From an uncultured Bacteroidales bacterium (GTDB taxonomy: Bacteria > Bacteroidota > Bacteroidia > Bacteroidales > Bacteroidaceae): a stretch of DNA of 64,000 bases. The notes beneath the pieces are model-generated. The model was not told where the DNA came from, made no database searches, and saw only the letters and a program-made list of their open reading frames with translations. A program made the translations under genes and the position numbers. The stretch is from NCBI GenBank assembly GCA_902800925.1, contig CADCGD010000005.1:6431-70430 (forward strand). The letters run 5' to 3'. Below, piece after piece: positions 19,941-29,960 of the stretch; within the stretch, counting starts at the first letter, position 1, and each line of letters starts with the position of its first letter.

Positions 19941-20390
19941 TTATTCCTTGCGGTGCTTGTCAATCTTGCGTAACAAGAAGTTGAAAGCCTCGAGTCCTAC
20001 CAGCACCATGAAGGTGGCAGCCGTTGCCAACACATACATGCCACCACCGCAGGCCAGGCCAATAGCAGCTGCTACCCACAAGCCTGCTGCCGTGGTCAAG
20101 CCACTGACCATGTTCTCCTGCTTGCGGAAGATGATGGTACCGGCACCGATGAAACCAATACCACTGACCACCTGCGCGGCAATACGTGAGACATCCCAAC
20201 GCGACGTCATGCCATCCATCTGTACGTCACCAAAGCCATAAGCCGACACAATCATAAACAGTGCCGAACCCAATGCGACGAGAAAATGGGTGCGGAAACC
20301 AGCTTCCTTGGCACGGTATTCACGTTCGAGACCAATCAGACTGCCAAGCAGTGCAGCAACAAAGATTCGTAGAATAAATTCGTACTCCAT
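19941..20390 (-). CDS. MgtC/SapB family membrane protein
   Basis: IGLERE, AGFRTH, RIAAQVVSGIGFIGAG, GLTTAAGLW. Confidence 0.93.
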   Translation of the reverse strand: MEYEFILRIFVAALLGSLIGLEREYRAKEAGFRTHFLVALGSALFMIVSAYGFGDVQMDGMTSRWDVSRIAAQVVSGIGFIGAGTIIFRKQENMVSGLTTAAGLWVAAAIGLACGGGMYVLATAATFMVLVGLEAFNFLLRKIDKHRKE

Positions 20391-20414
20391 AGTTAAATGT
20401 TGTTATTTCCGCTG

Positions 20415-20474
20415 CAAAGATACAAAAGAATTACGAATTACGAATTACGAATTACGAATAATTTCTTATCTTTG
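20415..20474. promoter_or_regulatory. Divergent promoter pair with (AATTACG)x4
   Basis: caaagata 20415-20422, repeats 20429-20456, tatctttg 20467-20474. Confidence 0.75.
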
Positions 20475-20503
20475 CAGAAGTTATAACCAAAAACAGTAGA
20501 AAC

Positions 20504-20683
20504 ATGTTTGGATTAGGAATGCAAGAAATCATCGTCATAGCCCTCATCATACTCTTGTTGTTCGGCGGCAAGAAGATTCCTGAACTGATGAAAGGACTCG
20601 GCAAGGGTGTCAAGAGTTTCAAGGACGGAATGAAAGATATTGACGACGACAAGAGCGACGACAAGTCGTCTAGTGAAAAGTGA
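20504..20683 (+). CDS. tatA: Twin-arginine translocase subunit TatA (59 aa; absent from the ORF track)
   Basis: Manual translation [59 protein letters not shown]. Confidence 0.95.
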   Translation: MFGLGMQEIIVIALIILLLFGGKKIPELMKGLGKGVKSFKDGMKDIDDDKSDDKSSSEK

Positions 20684-20693
20684 AGAGTGAATA

Positions 20694-21437
20694 GTGAAAA
20701 GTGAACCATTGACCTTCTGGGATCACCTGGATGTGTTGCGCTCGTCGTTGATACGGATGGGCGTGGCAGTGGTGGTGTTCGCTGTGGCAGCCTTCGTGAT
20801 GAAGGACTTGCTGTTCAGTGTGGTGCTGGCCCCACGAAGTAGTGACTTCGTGACCTACCAGCTGCTGGGCGTCGATGCCTTCCACATCAACCTGATGAAC
20901 ACCGGACTGACGGAGCAGTTCATGATACACATGCGGACGGCGATCTTTGCGGGACTATTGCTGGCTTCACCTTATATACTCTATGAGTTGTTCCGCTTCG
21001 TGTCACCAGCTCTCTACCAGAACGAGCGACGCTATGCCTTCTGGATAGTGGGAGCGGCCTACGTGATGTTCCTCATGGGCACACTGGTCAACTACTTCGT
21101 GGTGTTTCCGCTGACAGTCAGGTTCCTGGGAACCTATCAGGTATCGCCCGACGTAGCCAACATGCTGACCCTGCAGTCGTATATCGACACGTTGCTGGGA
21201 ATGAGTCTGGTGATGGGCGTGGTCTTTGAATTGCCGGTAGTCTGCGGACTCCTTGGGCGCTTAGGGCTGATTACACATCGCATGATGTCTGCCTATCGCC
21301 GTCATGCTGTCGTAGCCATCCTCATCGTAGCAGCCATCATCACGCCAACGACCGATGTGTTTACCCTCTTCGTGGTGGCATTGCCCATCTATCTGCTCTA
21401 CGAGCTGAGCATACAAATAGTCAAAGTAACTAACTGA
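20694..21437 (+). CDS. tatC: Twin-arginine translocase subunit TatC
   Basis: TFWDHLDVLR, FVSPALY..ERR, FELP, YRRHA, IITP.TD; follows tatA. Exact start uncertain (GTG inside a heptamer repeat). Confidence 0.93.
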   Translation: MKSEPLTFWDHLDVLRSSLIRMGVAVVVFAVAAFVMKDLLFSVVLAPRSSDFVTYQLLGVDAFHINLMNTGLTEQFMIHMRTAIFAGLLLASPYILYELFRFVSPALYQNERRYAFWIVGAAYVMFLMGTLVNYFVVFPLTVRFLGTYQVSPDVANMLTLQSYIDTLLGMSLVMGVVFELPVVCGLLGRLGLITHRMMSAYRRHAVVAILIVAAIITPTTDVFTLFVVALPIYLLYELSIQIVKVTN

Positions 21438-21453
21438 AAACAAGCAATACTTT

Positions 21454-22947
21454 ATGCTAAGAAAAATCAGAATTACACTGGCAACCTTGATGTTGATCGG
21501 CATCACGCTGTTGTTCCTCGACTTCACCGGCACCATGCACCACTGGGTGAGCTGGATGCCCAAGCTACAGTTCCTGGAGGCTGTATTGGCACTGAACGTC
21601 GTGGTCATTGTGGCACTCCTCGTGCTGACGCTTGTCTTCGGACGCATCTACTGTTCAGTCATCTGTCCGATGGGCATCATGCAGGACATTTTCGGATGGC
21701 TGGGCAAGAAAGCCAAGAAGAACCGCTACACGTATTCGAAACAGAAGCACGCCCTGCGCATCATTTTCTTTGTAATGATGCTGATATCACTCGTGCTGGG
21801 CGGCGGTACCATTGTACAACTGCTGGCCCCCTACTCTGCCTTCGGACGCATCTGCACCAACCTGCTGCAACCCGTATGGATGGCAGGCAACAATTTGCTG
21901 GCAGCCATTGCCGAGCACTACGACAGCTATGCGTTCTACCACACGAATATCTGGATGCGTGCCCTGCCTTCGCTGATTATTGCAGCCATTACACTCATCA
22001 TACTGGCTGTGCTCGCCTGGCGCAACGGTCGCACGTATTGCAACACCATCTGTCCTGTGGGTACTTTGCTGAGCGTATTTGCCAAGTTCTCATGGCTGAA
22101 GATACACTTCGACGTGGACAAGTGCAAGAACTGCTCACTGTGTACGAAGAACTGCAAGGCTGCCTGCATTGACTATAAGACGCACACCGTGGACCCCTTG
22201 CGCTGTGTGGTCTGTGGCGACTGCATCAAGAGTTGTAAATTTGGGGCACTGAAATATACTCATGGGGCCAATAGGACTAATGGGACTAATGAGACTAATG
22301 GGGCTAATGAGACCATTGACACCAGCAAGCGCTCCTTCCTGCTTTCTTCTGCCTTGTTGGCTACTGCCGCTATGGCCCAGAACAAGGACAAGATCATGGA
22401 TGGTGGACTGGCAGAGATAGAGGACAAGGTAGCCCCTGAGCGCCAAACACCCATCATGCCGCCGGGTTCTCAATCCAAGGCCAACTTCGAGAAGAAATGT
22501 ACGGGTTGTCAGCTGTGTATCTCGGAGTGTCCCAACGAGGTGCTGCGTCCCAGTGCTGACTTGTGGCACCTGATGCAACCCACGATGTCGTATGAGCGTG
22601 GCTACTGCCGTCCGGAGTGTAACCGCTGTTCAGAGGTATGCCCTGCAGGAGCCATCAAACCACTAGCCCACGATTTGAAGGCCTCCACCCAGATTGGTCA
22701 TGCCGTATGGATCAAGAAGAACTGTATACCACTGACCGACGGTGTGGAGTGTGGCAACTGTGCCCGCCATTGTCCTGTTGGTGCCATCGAGATGGTACCC
22801 TCTGACCCAGACGATGAGGAATCACCCTACGTACCTGCTGTCAACGAGAACCGTTGCATTGGCTGTGGTGCCTGTGAGTACCTGTGTCCTGCACGTCCCT
22901 TCTCAGCCATCTACGTAGAAGGACACGAACAACACAAAGAAGTTTAA
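21454..22947 (+). CDS. Membrane-bound polyferredoxin (NapH/NapF-like 4Fe-4S protein)
   Basis: N-terminal TM helices, GRIYCSVICPMG and GRTYCNTICPVG, and several CxxCxxCxxxC motifs. Confidence 0.88.
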   Translation: MLRKIRITLATLMLIGITLLFLDFTGTMHHWVSWMPKLQFLEAVLALNVVVIVALLVLTLVFGRIYCSVICPMGIMQDIFGWLGKKAKKNRYTYSKQKHALRIIFFVMMLISLVLGGGTIVQLLAPYSAFGRICTNLLQPVWMAGNNLLAAIAEHYDSYAFYHTNIWMRALPSLIIAAITLIILAVLAWRNGRTYCNTICPVGTLLSVFAKFSWLKIHFDVDKCKNCSLCTKNCKAACIDYKTHTVDPLRCVVCGDCIKSCKFGALKYTHGANRTNGTNETNGANETIDTSKRSFLLSSALLATAAMAQNKDKIMDGGLAEIEDKVAPERQTPIMPPGSQSKANFEKKCTGCQLCISECPNEVLRPSADLWHLMQPTMSYERGYCRPECNRCSEVCPAGAIKPLAHDLKASTQIGHAVWIKKNCIPLTDGVECGNCARHCPVGAIEMVPSDPDDEESPYVPAVNENRCIGCGACEYLCPARPFSAIYVEGHEQHKEV

Positions 22948-22965
22948 ACGAAAACGAAGACAAAA

Positions 22966-24363
22966 ATGAAGAAAGATATATCAAGAAGAAATTTCCTCAA
23001 GATACTGGGTGGTGGTGCTATCACCACTGCTGCCGTCATGACGGGCTGCAAGTCGAAGAGTGACTCAAAGGCCGTTGAGGAATATAAGAAACAGGTGGAG
23101 CCACCAACAGGTAAGATGACCTATCGTACCAATCCCAAGACGGGCGACAAGGTGTCTATTCTGGGATATGGCATGATGCGTCTGCCGTCGAAGACAGAAA
23201 ACAAGGACGACTACGACCAGGATATGATCAATCGTCAGATAGACTATGCCCTAGAGCATGGTCTCAACTATATCGACACATCACCCGTTTACTGCCAGGG
23301 AAAATCGGAGCGCTGCACAGGTATCGCCCTGAGTCGCCACAAGCGCTCAGAGTATTTCGTGGCTACGAAACTGTCGAACTTCCACCCTTCGACACAGAGT
23401 CGTGAGGCGAGCATCGGCATGTATAAGAACTCCCTGAAGGAACTGCAGGTTGATTATCTCGACTACTATCTGTTGCATGCCATCGGTGGTGGTATGGATG
23501 AGTTTAACCGCCGCTATGTGGACAACGGTATCATGGACTTCCTGATGGCAGAGCGCGAGGCTGGCCGCATCCGCAACCTGGGCTTCTCGTTCCACGGCAA
23601 GAAGGAAGTGTTCGACGAGGTACTGGCCATGAACGACAAGTACCATTGGGACTTTGTGCAGATAGAGCTGAACTATCTGGATTGGGACTATGCCAACGAG
23701 ATCAATGGCAGCAATGTTGATGCCAGCTACCTGTATGCAGAACTGCAGAAGATGAACATTCCAGCTGTTATCATGGAGCCTCTGTTGGGTGGTCGTCTGG
23801 CCAACCTGCCACAATATCTCGCTACGGAGCTGAAGAGTCATGCGCCAGAGCGTAGCGTTGCCTCATGGGCATTCCGCTATGCCGGTACGCCAGAAGGTGT
23901 GCTCACCGTACTCAGCGGTATGACCTATATGGAGCACCTGAAGGACAACCTGCTCAGCTACTGTCCGCTGGAACCCCTCACAGAAGAGGAGCAGCGTTTC
24001 CTGGACAAGGATGTCGCTGAACGCATCGTCGGTCTGGAGAACATCCCGTGCAACGACTGTAAATACTGCATGCCCTGTCCTTATGGCATTGACATCCCTG
24101 CCATCTTCGTACATTATAATAAATGTAAGAACGATGGGACCCTGCCACGTCTGAAGATGGATGACGAGTACTACAAGCTACGCCGTAACTACCTGATAGG
24201 ATTAGACCGTGCCGTACCTCGTATGCGTCAGGCCGACCACTGCATCGGCTGTGGCCAATGTGAGCCCCACTGTCCGCAGAACATCCGCATTCCACGCGAG
24301 TTGCAGAAGATCAGCCAGTTCGTGGAAGACCTGAAGCAGAATAAGACGGTGAGTGAAGGTTAA
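22966..24363 (+). CDS. Aldo/keto reductase with Tat signal and C-terminal 4Fe-4S domain
   Basis: SRRNFLK Tat motif; LGYGMMRLP, IDTSPVY, ATKL, LGFSFHG; CNDCKYCMPCP and CIGCGQCEPHCP. Confidence 0.92.
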   Translation: MKKDISRRNFLKILGGGAITTAAVMTGCKSKSDSKAVEEYKKQVEPPTGKMTYRTNPKTGDKVSILGYGMMRLPSKTENKDDYDQDMINRQIDYALEHGLNYIDTSPVYCQGKSERCTGIALSRHKRSEYFVATKLSNFHPSTQSREASIGMYKNSLKELQVDYLDYYLLHAIGGGMDEFNRRYVDNGIMDFLMAEREAGRIRNLGFSFHGKKEVFDEVLAMNDKYHWDFVQIELNYLDWDYANEINGSNVDASYLYAELQKMNIPAVIMEPLLGGRLANLPQYLATELKSHAPERSVASWAFRYAGTPEGVLTVLSGMTYMEHLKDNLLSYCPLEPLTEEEQRFLDKDVAERIVGLENIPCNDCKYCMPCPYGIDIPAIFVHYNKCKNDGTLPRLKMDDEYYKLRRNYLIGLDRAVPRMRQADHCIGCGQCEPHCPQNIRIPRELQKISQFVEDLKQNKTVSEG

Positions 24364-24373
24364 CGGTTAATGG

Positions 24374-25555
24374 TTATCGGTTATTGGTTATTGACAATGC
24401 CACGGTATAGGCGGTAGTCCAAGCCGCTTGGAAATTGAAACCTCCCGTAATGCCGTCGATGTCGAGCACCTCGCCAGCGAAATACAGATGAGGGACATGT
24501 TTGCTCTCTAACGTAGAAGGGTTGACGGCTTTCAAGGACACGCCACCACAGGTAACAAACTCATCCTTGAAGGGGGCACGACCCGCAATCTGATAAGTAT
24601 CATTCAAGAGGACGTTGACCAAACGGTTGACGTCCTTTTTGTTCAATTCTGCCCACCGTATCTGAGCACGCGAGCCCAGCGCCTTCTCCACCAGATAGGT
24701 CCATAGGCGCTGTTGCAGGCCAAAGGGACTGTAGGTCGTCAACAGTTTCTTGGGTTGCTTCGTACCTTGTTCATACAGAATCGCCGCTACCTCCTCATCC
24801 TGCATAGCCAACCAGCGGATACTCAGCGAGGCCTGATACTGATGCTCTGCCAGATAGCGGGCTGCATGACTCGACAGTTTCAAGATGGCAGGTCCACTAA
24901 CGCCCCAATGAGTGATGAGCAAGGGACCCATAGCACGAAACTTCGTACCAGCAAGCATTGCCGTAACATCATTGACGACAGTACCCTGCAAGGCATGCAG
25001 CTGTTCATCAGCAATAGAAAAGGTAAACAGTGAGGGCACAGGAGCCTCTATCTCATGACCCAAGGTGGCTAACCAGCGTAAGCCATCCCCTTTGGGAGAG
25101 CCACCCGTCGTCACAACAACGTTATCAAAATCCCCTAACTGGTCGAGAGAATCCACAAGAACACCCTTACGAATCTCAATATGGTAACGACGCACCAGCG
25201 ACAGGAAACAGTCAATGATGGCATGTGAGTCCTGAGCCTGTGGGAAGACGCATTGGTCTTCCTGCGTCACCAAGGGCACACCATGCTGTTCGAACCAACG
25301 ATAGGCATCCTGATAGTTAAAGTTGTTGAATAGACGCTTCAGCAGACGATGGCCACGGGGATAGACCTGTGACAGGTCAGTAACCGAGGCAAAAGAGTTA
25401 GTGCAGTTGCAGCGTCCGCCACCACTGACCTCTACCTTTGCCAGCACATGGTGGCTTCGCTCAAAGATGATAACCTCCATGTCGGGCATCATCTCTTTCA
25501 GATTCACAGCAAGAAAGAATCCTGCTGCCCCGCCACCAACGACTGCCGTTTTCAT
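24374..25555 (-). CDS. HI0933/BaiN-family flavoprotein oxidoreductase
   Basis: VVGGGAAG, SGGGRCNCTN, THWGVSGP, FVTCGGV, GEVLDIDGITGGFNFQAA. ATG 25555 overlaps the rfbD stop. Confidence 0.93.
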   Translation of the reverse strand: MKTAVVGGGAAGFFLAVNLKEMMPDMEVIIFERSHHVLAKVEVSGGGRCNCTNSFASVTDLSQVYPRGHRLLKRLFNNFNYQDAYRWFEQHGVPLVTQEDQCVFPQAQDSHAIIDCFLSLVRRYHIEIRKGVLVDSLDQLGDFDNVVVTTGGSPKGDGLRWLATLGHEIEAPVPSLFTFSIADEQLHALQGTVVNDVTAMLAGTKFRAMGPLLITHWGVSGPAILKLSSHAARYLAEHQYQASLSIRWLAMQDEEVAAILYEQGTKQPKKLLTTYSPFGLQQRLWTYLVEKALGSRAQIRWAELNKKDVNRLVNVLLNDTYQIAGRAPFKDEFVTCGGVSLKAVNPSTLESKHVPHLYFAGEVLDIDGITGGFNFQAAWTTAYTVALSITNNR

Positions 25556-26400
25556 AGCTTGGCGATACACTCGCGCAGCGACTCTTCCCAATAGGGAACC
25601 TCAATGTCGTAGGTCTGCTTGATCTTGGTCTTGTCAAGGACCGAATAATGCGGACGGGCTGCAGGAGTGGGATATTCTGAGGTATGTAACGGACGGACAT
25701 GACACGAGGTGATGCCAGCGATACGATGAATAGCCTTCGTGAAGTCGTACCATGAGATGACACCCTCGTTAGAGAAATGGTAGATGCCAGGGACAATGCC
25801 TTTGTTGACAGCAACCATGATGACACGGGCTAAGTCGCGGGCATAGGTCGGCGTACCTATCTGGTCGAAGATTACACCCAGTTCTGGTTTTTCCTTGCCC
25901 AGGCGTATCATCGTCTTCACGAAGTTGTTGCCAAAGGTACTGTAGAGCCATGCCGTACGGATAATCATCGAACGTTCACACAGCTTCTGCACATTCAGTT
26001 CGCCAACGAGTTTCGTCTTGCCGTAGACACTGTTAGGACAGGTCTCTTCCTCCTCCGTATAGGGGGTGTGGTTCGTACCGTCAAACACGTAGTCGGTACT
26101 AATCTGTATCATCCAACCGCCACGTTTGCCGATGGCATGAGCCAGATAGGCAGGAGCCTCCGCATTCAGTTTCTGACAGAGTTCCTCATTGTCCTCAGCC
26201 TTGTCGACAGCAGTATAGGCAGCACAGTTGACGATACCATCAATATGGTTGTCATTGACAAACTGTTCGATAGCTGTCTGGTCGGTGATATCCAGTTCAG
26301 CGACATCCGTATTAAAATAGGTGTGCTGTGAATTCTCCTGCTCCAACAGCTGCATCTCGTTTCCCAGTTGGCCATTACAGCCGGTAATCAGAATATTCAT
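25552..26400 (-). CDS. rfbD: dTDP-4-dehydrorhamnose reductase
   Basis: ITGCNGQLG, NCAAYTAVDKAE, ISTDYVFDG, YGKTK, DQIGTPT. Confidence 0.96.
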   Translation of the reverse strand: MNILITGCNGQLGNEMQLLEQENSQHTYFNTDVAELDITDQTAIEQFVNDNHIDGIVNCAAYTAVDKAEDNEELCQKLNAEAPAYLAHAIGKRGGWMIQISTDYVFDGTNHTPYTEEEETCPNSVYGKTKLVGELNVQKLCERSMIIRTAWLYSTFGNNFVKTMIRLGKEKPELGVIFDQIGTPTYARDLARVIMVAVNKGIVPGIYHFSNEGVISWYDFTKAIHRIAGITSCHVRPLHTSEYPTPAARPHYSVLDKTKIKQTYDIEVPYWEESLRECIAKL

Positions 26401-26946
26401 TTACTCAAATTTCAGTCCTTCTTCCTTGTCCTTCTTGTAATAATCAGAGAGCATGCCGATGAAAGTAGTAATCTCCTTGACAGCAGCTTGCGTATTGGGA
26501 GTAATCTCCTTCTTTTGCAGACGGAGTAGCATGGTTCCATAGAGTGCATTGAAACAGGTCTCTATCTCATTCTCTTCCTTGTTGGCACCATGGTTGCGCA
26601 ACTCTACGATAAAAGGTAGCACCTTGTAGTACTCTGCATTATAAAACGGGAACTTGGGCGATGCTAGCAACTGAGCATGCAACTCTGACAGTGTCTGCAT
26701 GGTCACCTTATTAATCTGCAGGTGTCCTTGTTCACGACAGCCCTCTTGGTTCATCATGCGGATAAGGTTGCCAAACCAGTCAGCCTCATCCTCTTTCTGC
26801 TCATCGGTATAGTCGAAGCGGTCGATATACTCTCGACGGATGCGACTGATAGAGCATTCGAAGGCCCGGATGGTATCCTCCATCTGCCACATATACAGCA
26901 GGTATTCGGCAATATTTGTCTTGCGTAATTCGTTAGCTACAAACAC
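26401..26946 (-). CDS. Conserved Bacteroidota protein (DUF4924-like)
   Basis: NIAEYLLYMWQ.ED.IRA and E.GHLQIN motifs; GTG start. Confidence 0.75.
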   Translation of the reverse strand: MFVANELRKTNIAEYLLYMWQMEDTIRAFECSISRIRREYIDRFDYTDEQKEDEADWFGNLIRMMNQEGCREQGHLQINKVTMQTLSELHAQLLASPKFPFYNAEYYKVLPFIVELRNHGANKEENEIETCFNALYGTMLLRLQKKEITPNTQAAVKEITTFIGMLSDYYKKDKEEGLKFE

Positions 26947-27000
26947 GGTGTTATTTTACTATTTGACAATTATACTATTTGACAATTTACTATCACTGCA

Positions 27001-27666
27001 TCAAAAAAATCTGAACAGATTCGTGACCGTACCAAACAGGGACACCACAGAGAAGATGATGACCACGGCACCAATGACACGGTTGATGATGCGTATGCCC
27101 TGTGCATCAAAGATGGTGCGCACCTTGTCCACCAACCACGACAGACCATACCACCACAGCAGGGCACCACCCACAATGCTGGCAAAACCAACAAACATCT
27201 CGAACGGATGGTCAGGAATGACAAAGGCGAACTGGGCAAACAGCGCCATGAAAAGGAAGATAATCAGCGGATTGGAGAACGTCACAAGGAATGCTGTCCA
27301 GGTGTTGTACCAGAATGTTCCCTGCTGCTTACCCGACTGACGCATGTTCTTCGTAGGGTCACTGCGCCAAGTATAGATACCAAAGCCCAGTAGCAGTGCC
27401 GAACCAATAATCTGCAGATAGAACTTATTCTGTTCGTTGTTGATAAAGTCCATGACAAAGGCCATACCGAAACCCGTGATACCAGCATAGATGATATCAC
27501 TGACAGCAGCACCGATACCAGTGACAAAACCATACCAGCGTCCCTTGTTCAGCGTGCGCTGTACACAAAGGATGCCTACCGGTCCCATTGGTGCAGAGGC
27601 TACCATGCCTATCAGCATGCCCTTAAACACCAGGTCGACGATGTTAATATGTAGTGGAAATGGCAT
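27001..27666 (-). CDS. LysE-family translocator
   Basis: SAPMGPVGILCVQRTL, GAAVSD, TFSNP; hydrophobic. ATG placed downstream of the promoter box (caaaggta on + strand). Confidence 0.85.
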   Translation of the reverse strand: MPFPLHINIVDLVFKGMLIGMVASAPMGPVGILCVQRTLNKGRWYGFVTGIGAAVSDIIYAGITGFGMAFVMDFINNEQNKFYLQIIGSALLLGFGIYTWRSDPTKNMRQSGKQQGTFWYNTWTAFLVTFSNPLIIFLFMALFAQFAFVIPDHPFEMFVGFASIVGGALLWWYGLSWLVDKVRTIFDAQGIRIINRVIGAVVIIFSVVSLFGTVTNLFRFF

Positions 27667-27803
27667 ATCTGAGTGCAAAGGTACAATTTATTATTGACAT
27701 AAATCATTGCTTTACGTTAAAGGGAGTTAAACAGCGTGAGTTTTCTGAAGAAATGACTATCTTTGCAACGTAGAAAAGCAATAAACGGAATAATAATATT
27801 ACT

Positions 27804-28787
27804 ATGAACGAGCAACAAGGAATCAAACCCTACGTCATCGGATTAGACTTAGGAGGTACCAATGCCGTCTTTGGCATTGTTGACCAGCGTGGCGAAATCA
27901 AGGCCACCACAGCCATCAAGACCCAGCAGTATGATACTGCCGAAGCCTTTATTGAAGCTTCTGTCAATGCCCTGCAGCCTATCATCGACCAGGTGGGTGG
28001 CATCGAGAAAATTAGGTCAATGGGTGTAGGTGCGCCTAACGGCAACTACTACAAAGGAACCATTGAGATTGCTCCTAACATCAAGTGGGCCCACGACTGT
28101 GTGGTACCCCTTGGCAAGATGTTCAGTGACAGACTGGGTGGTATCCCTGTGGCTGTCACCAACGATGCTAACGCTGCTGCTATCGGTGAGATGGTCTATG
28201 GTGTGGCACGTGGCATGAAGAACTTCATCGTTCTCACGCTGGGTACAGGTGTTGGCTCAGGCATTGTCGTCAATGGTCAGCTGGTATATGGTTCTGACGG
28301 TTTTGCCGGTGAATTAGGTCATGTCACGATGGTACGTGGCGAGGAAGGTCGCATGTGTGGTTGTGGTCGTAAGGGCTGTCTGGAGACCTACTGCTCTGCA
28401 ACCGGTGTAGCCCGTACAGCCCGTGAGTTGCTCGACAAGACCAGTCGTCCGTCGTTGTTACGCGACATCAAGCCAGAAGACATCACTTCTCTCGATGTGT
28501 CTATCGCTGCCTCTAAGGGTGACGAACTGGCTAAAGAGATTTATGAGTTTACTGGCAAGATGCTGGGTGAGGCCTGTGCCGACTTTGCCACCTTCTGCTC
28601 ACCAGAGGCTTTCATCTTCTTTGGTGGTATGATCAAAGCTGGCGACCTGATTATGGATCCCATCCGCCGTGCTTACGACGAACACGTGATGAGTGTCTAC
28701 AAGGGCAAGGCTCAGTTCCTGGTCAGCGGACTTGATGGTGCATCGGCTGCCGTGCTGGGTGCTTCGGCCATCGGCTGGGAGGTTTAA
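27804..28787 (+). CDS. ROK-family sugar kinase (glucokinase-like)
   Basis: GLDLGGT, NDANAAAIGE, LTLGTGVGSG, GELGH, CGCGRKGCLE. Confidence 0.95.
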   Translation: MNEQQGIKPYVIGLDLGGTNAVFGIVDQRGEIKATTAIKTQQYDTAEAFIEASVNALQPIIDQVGGIEKIRSMGVGAPNGNYYKGTIEIAPNIKWAHDCVVPLGKMFSDRLGGIPVAVTNDANAAAIGEMVYGVARGMKNFIVLTLGTGVGSGIVVNGQLVYGSDGFAGELGHVTMVRGEEGRMCGCGRKGCLETYCSATGVARTARELLDKTSRPSLLRDIKPEDITSLDVSIAASKGDELAKEIYEFTGKMLGEACADFATFCSPEAFIFFGGMIKAGDLIMDPIRRAYDEHVMSVYKGKAQFLVSGLDGASAAVLGASAIGWEV

Positions 28788-28803
28788 GCTAACGTATTTA
28801 TAG

Positions 28804-28889
28804 AAAAAGAGGTTGGTGCAGGACGCTACCAACCTCAAACTATAAATATGTGATAAGTGCCGTGGCAAATGCCTACGAAAGGCTTATCG
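28804..28889 (-). ncRNA. Candidate ~85-nt small RNA
   Basis: Minus-strand promoter TTTG-N20-TAAATTTG (28925-28894); 5' stem gataag/cttatc; AU-rich linker; terminator gaggttggt/accaacctc + TTTTT. No ORF. Confidence 0.6.
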
Positions 28890-28918
28890 GGGGCAAATTT
28901 AGGTAATAATCAGCTAAA

Positions 28919-29839
28919 ATGCAAATTTTTCGGCTATTTTTTTCGTTTTTTCTGCTTTTCGTCCTGTTTAGTTGCGAAAAAGAGGTAGCAAATGAGCAAG
29001 ATGCTGGCAATCTCTCTGACGGGATTACCGACGAAATCAAGAACGGTGCACTGACGGTTGCCCAGGCCATGAAGATTGAACCCGGCTACCGGATAACGGT
29101 AAAGGGATACATCGTGGCAGCAGCAGAAAGCAGCATCAAAAATGCCGATTTTCGCCGTCCGTTTGCAGGTAAGACGGCCATATTGCTGGCAGACAAGCCA
29201 TATGTCGAGGAAGAACATGAGCTTGACGACTTCATGCCCATCTCGTTGTCTGATGCCGCCAAAGGCATTAGTACCAGTCTGAACCTACAAGACAACCCAG
29301 ACAACTGGAACAGTTTTGTATACATCCACGGCATTCGCAAGTCATACTTGAGCGCTCCTGGCATCAAAGAAGTCGATCAGTTCTGGATAGACCCTGACCA
29401 CAAACCAGAGCCCTCAGAACCCACGGTTGCCCCTGACGACCCTGATGATCCTGAGGACCCAGACAATCCTGATAATCCCAACATTGGCGGTGAAGATGAC
29501 GATGTGCTAACTGTTGCACAGGCTATTACTGCTGATTCCGAAGAATACATCTGGGTACGAGGATACATTGTAGGTACCACAACAAAAAATTTAAAGAATA
29601 CCAAGTTTGATGGAATCTTGGAGAACTTCACAGCCATCGTTCTTGCTGACGAGCCTGGCACTACCGACAAGAAGCTGTTGTTCCCAGTTGGAATAGACAA
29701 ACCGTCACGGGAGACATTAGCAAAATATGGCGACAACCTTATTAGTAAGCGCGTGAAGGTTTATGGTCAAAAACCTATAGAAGGATACATGTATCAGCCT
29801 GGTATCAAAAATGCCCTACAGGTTGTCATACTGCCGTGA
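28919..29839 (+). CDS. Lipoprotein with two OB-fold-like (DUF6359-like) repeats
   Basis: Lipobox LFSC; repeated LTVAQA...V.GYIV...LAD...Y...PGIK units separated by a DP linker. Confidence 0.7.
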   Translation: MQIFRLFFSFFLLFVLFSCEKEVANEQDAGNLSDGITDEIKNGALTVAQAMKIEPGYRITVKGYIVAAAESSIKNADFRRPFAGKTAILLADKPYVEEEHELDDFMPISLSDAAKGISTSLNLQDNPDNWNSFVYIHGIRKSYLSAPGIKEVDQFWIDPDHKPEPSEPTVAPDDPDDPEDPDNPDNPNIGGEDDDVLTVAQAITADSEEYIWVRGYIVGTTTKNLKNTKFDGILENFTAIVLADEPGTTDKKLLFPVGIDKPSRETLAKYGDNLISKRVKVYGQKPIEGYMYQPGIKNALQVVILP

Positions 29840-29960
29840 TTATAGCAATTTGACAGCAAAATCACACTTTTTCTATCATTTCTTAAATTTTTCCACTAAA
29901 ATATTTGCATATTTCAAATAATGTGTGTACTTTTGCCACCGAATTAGAAACAACAAGACA

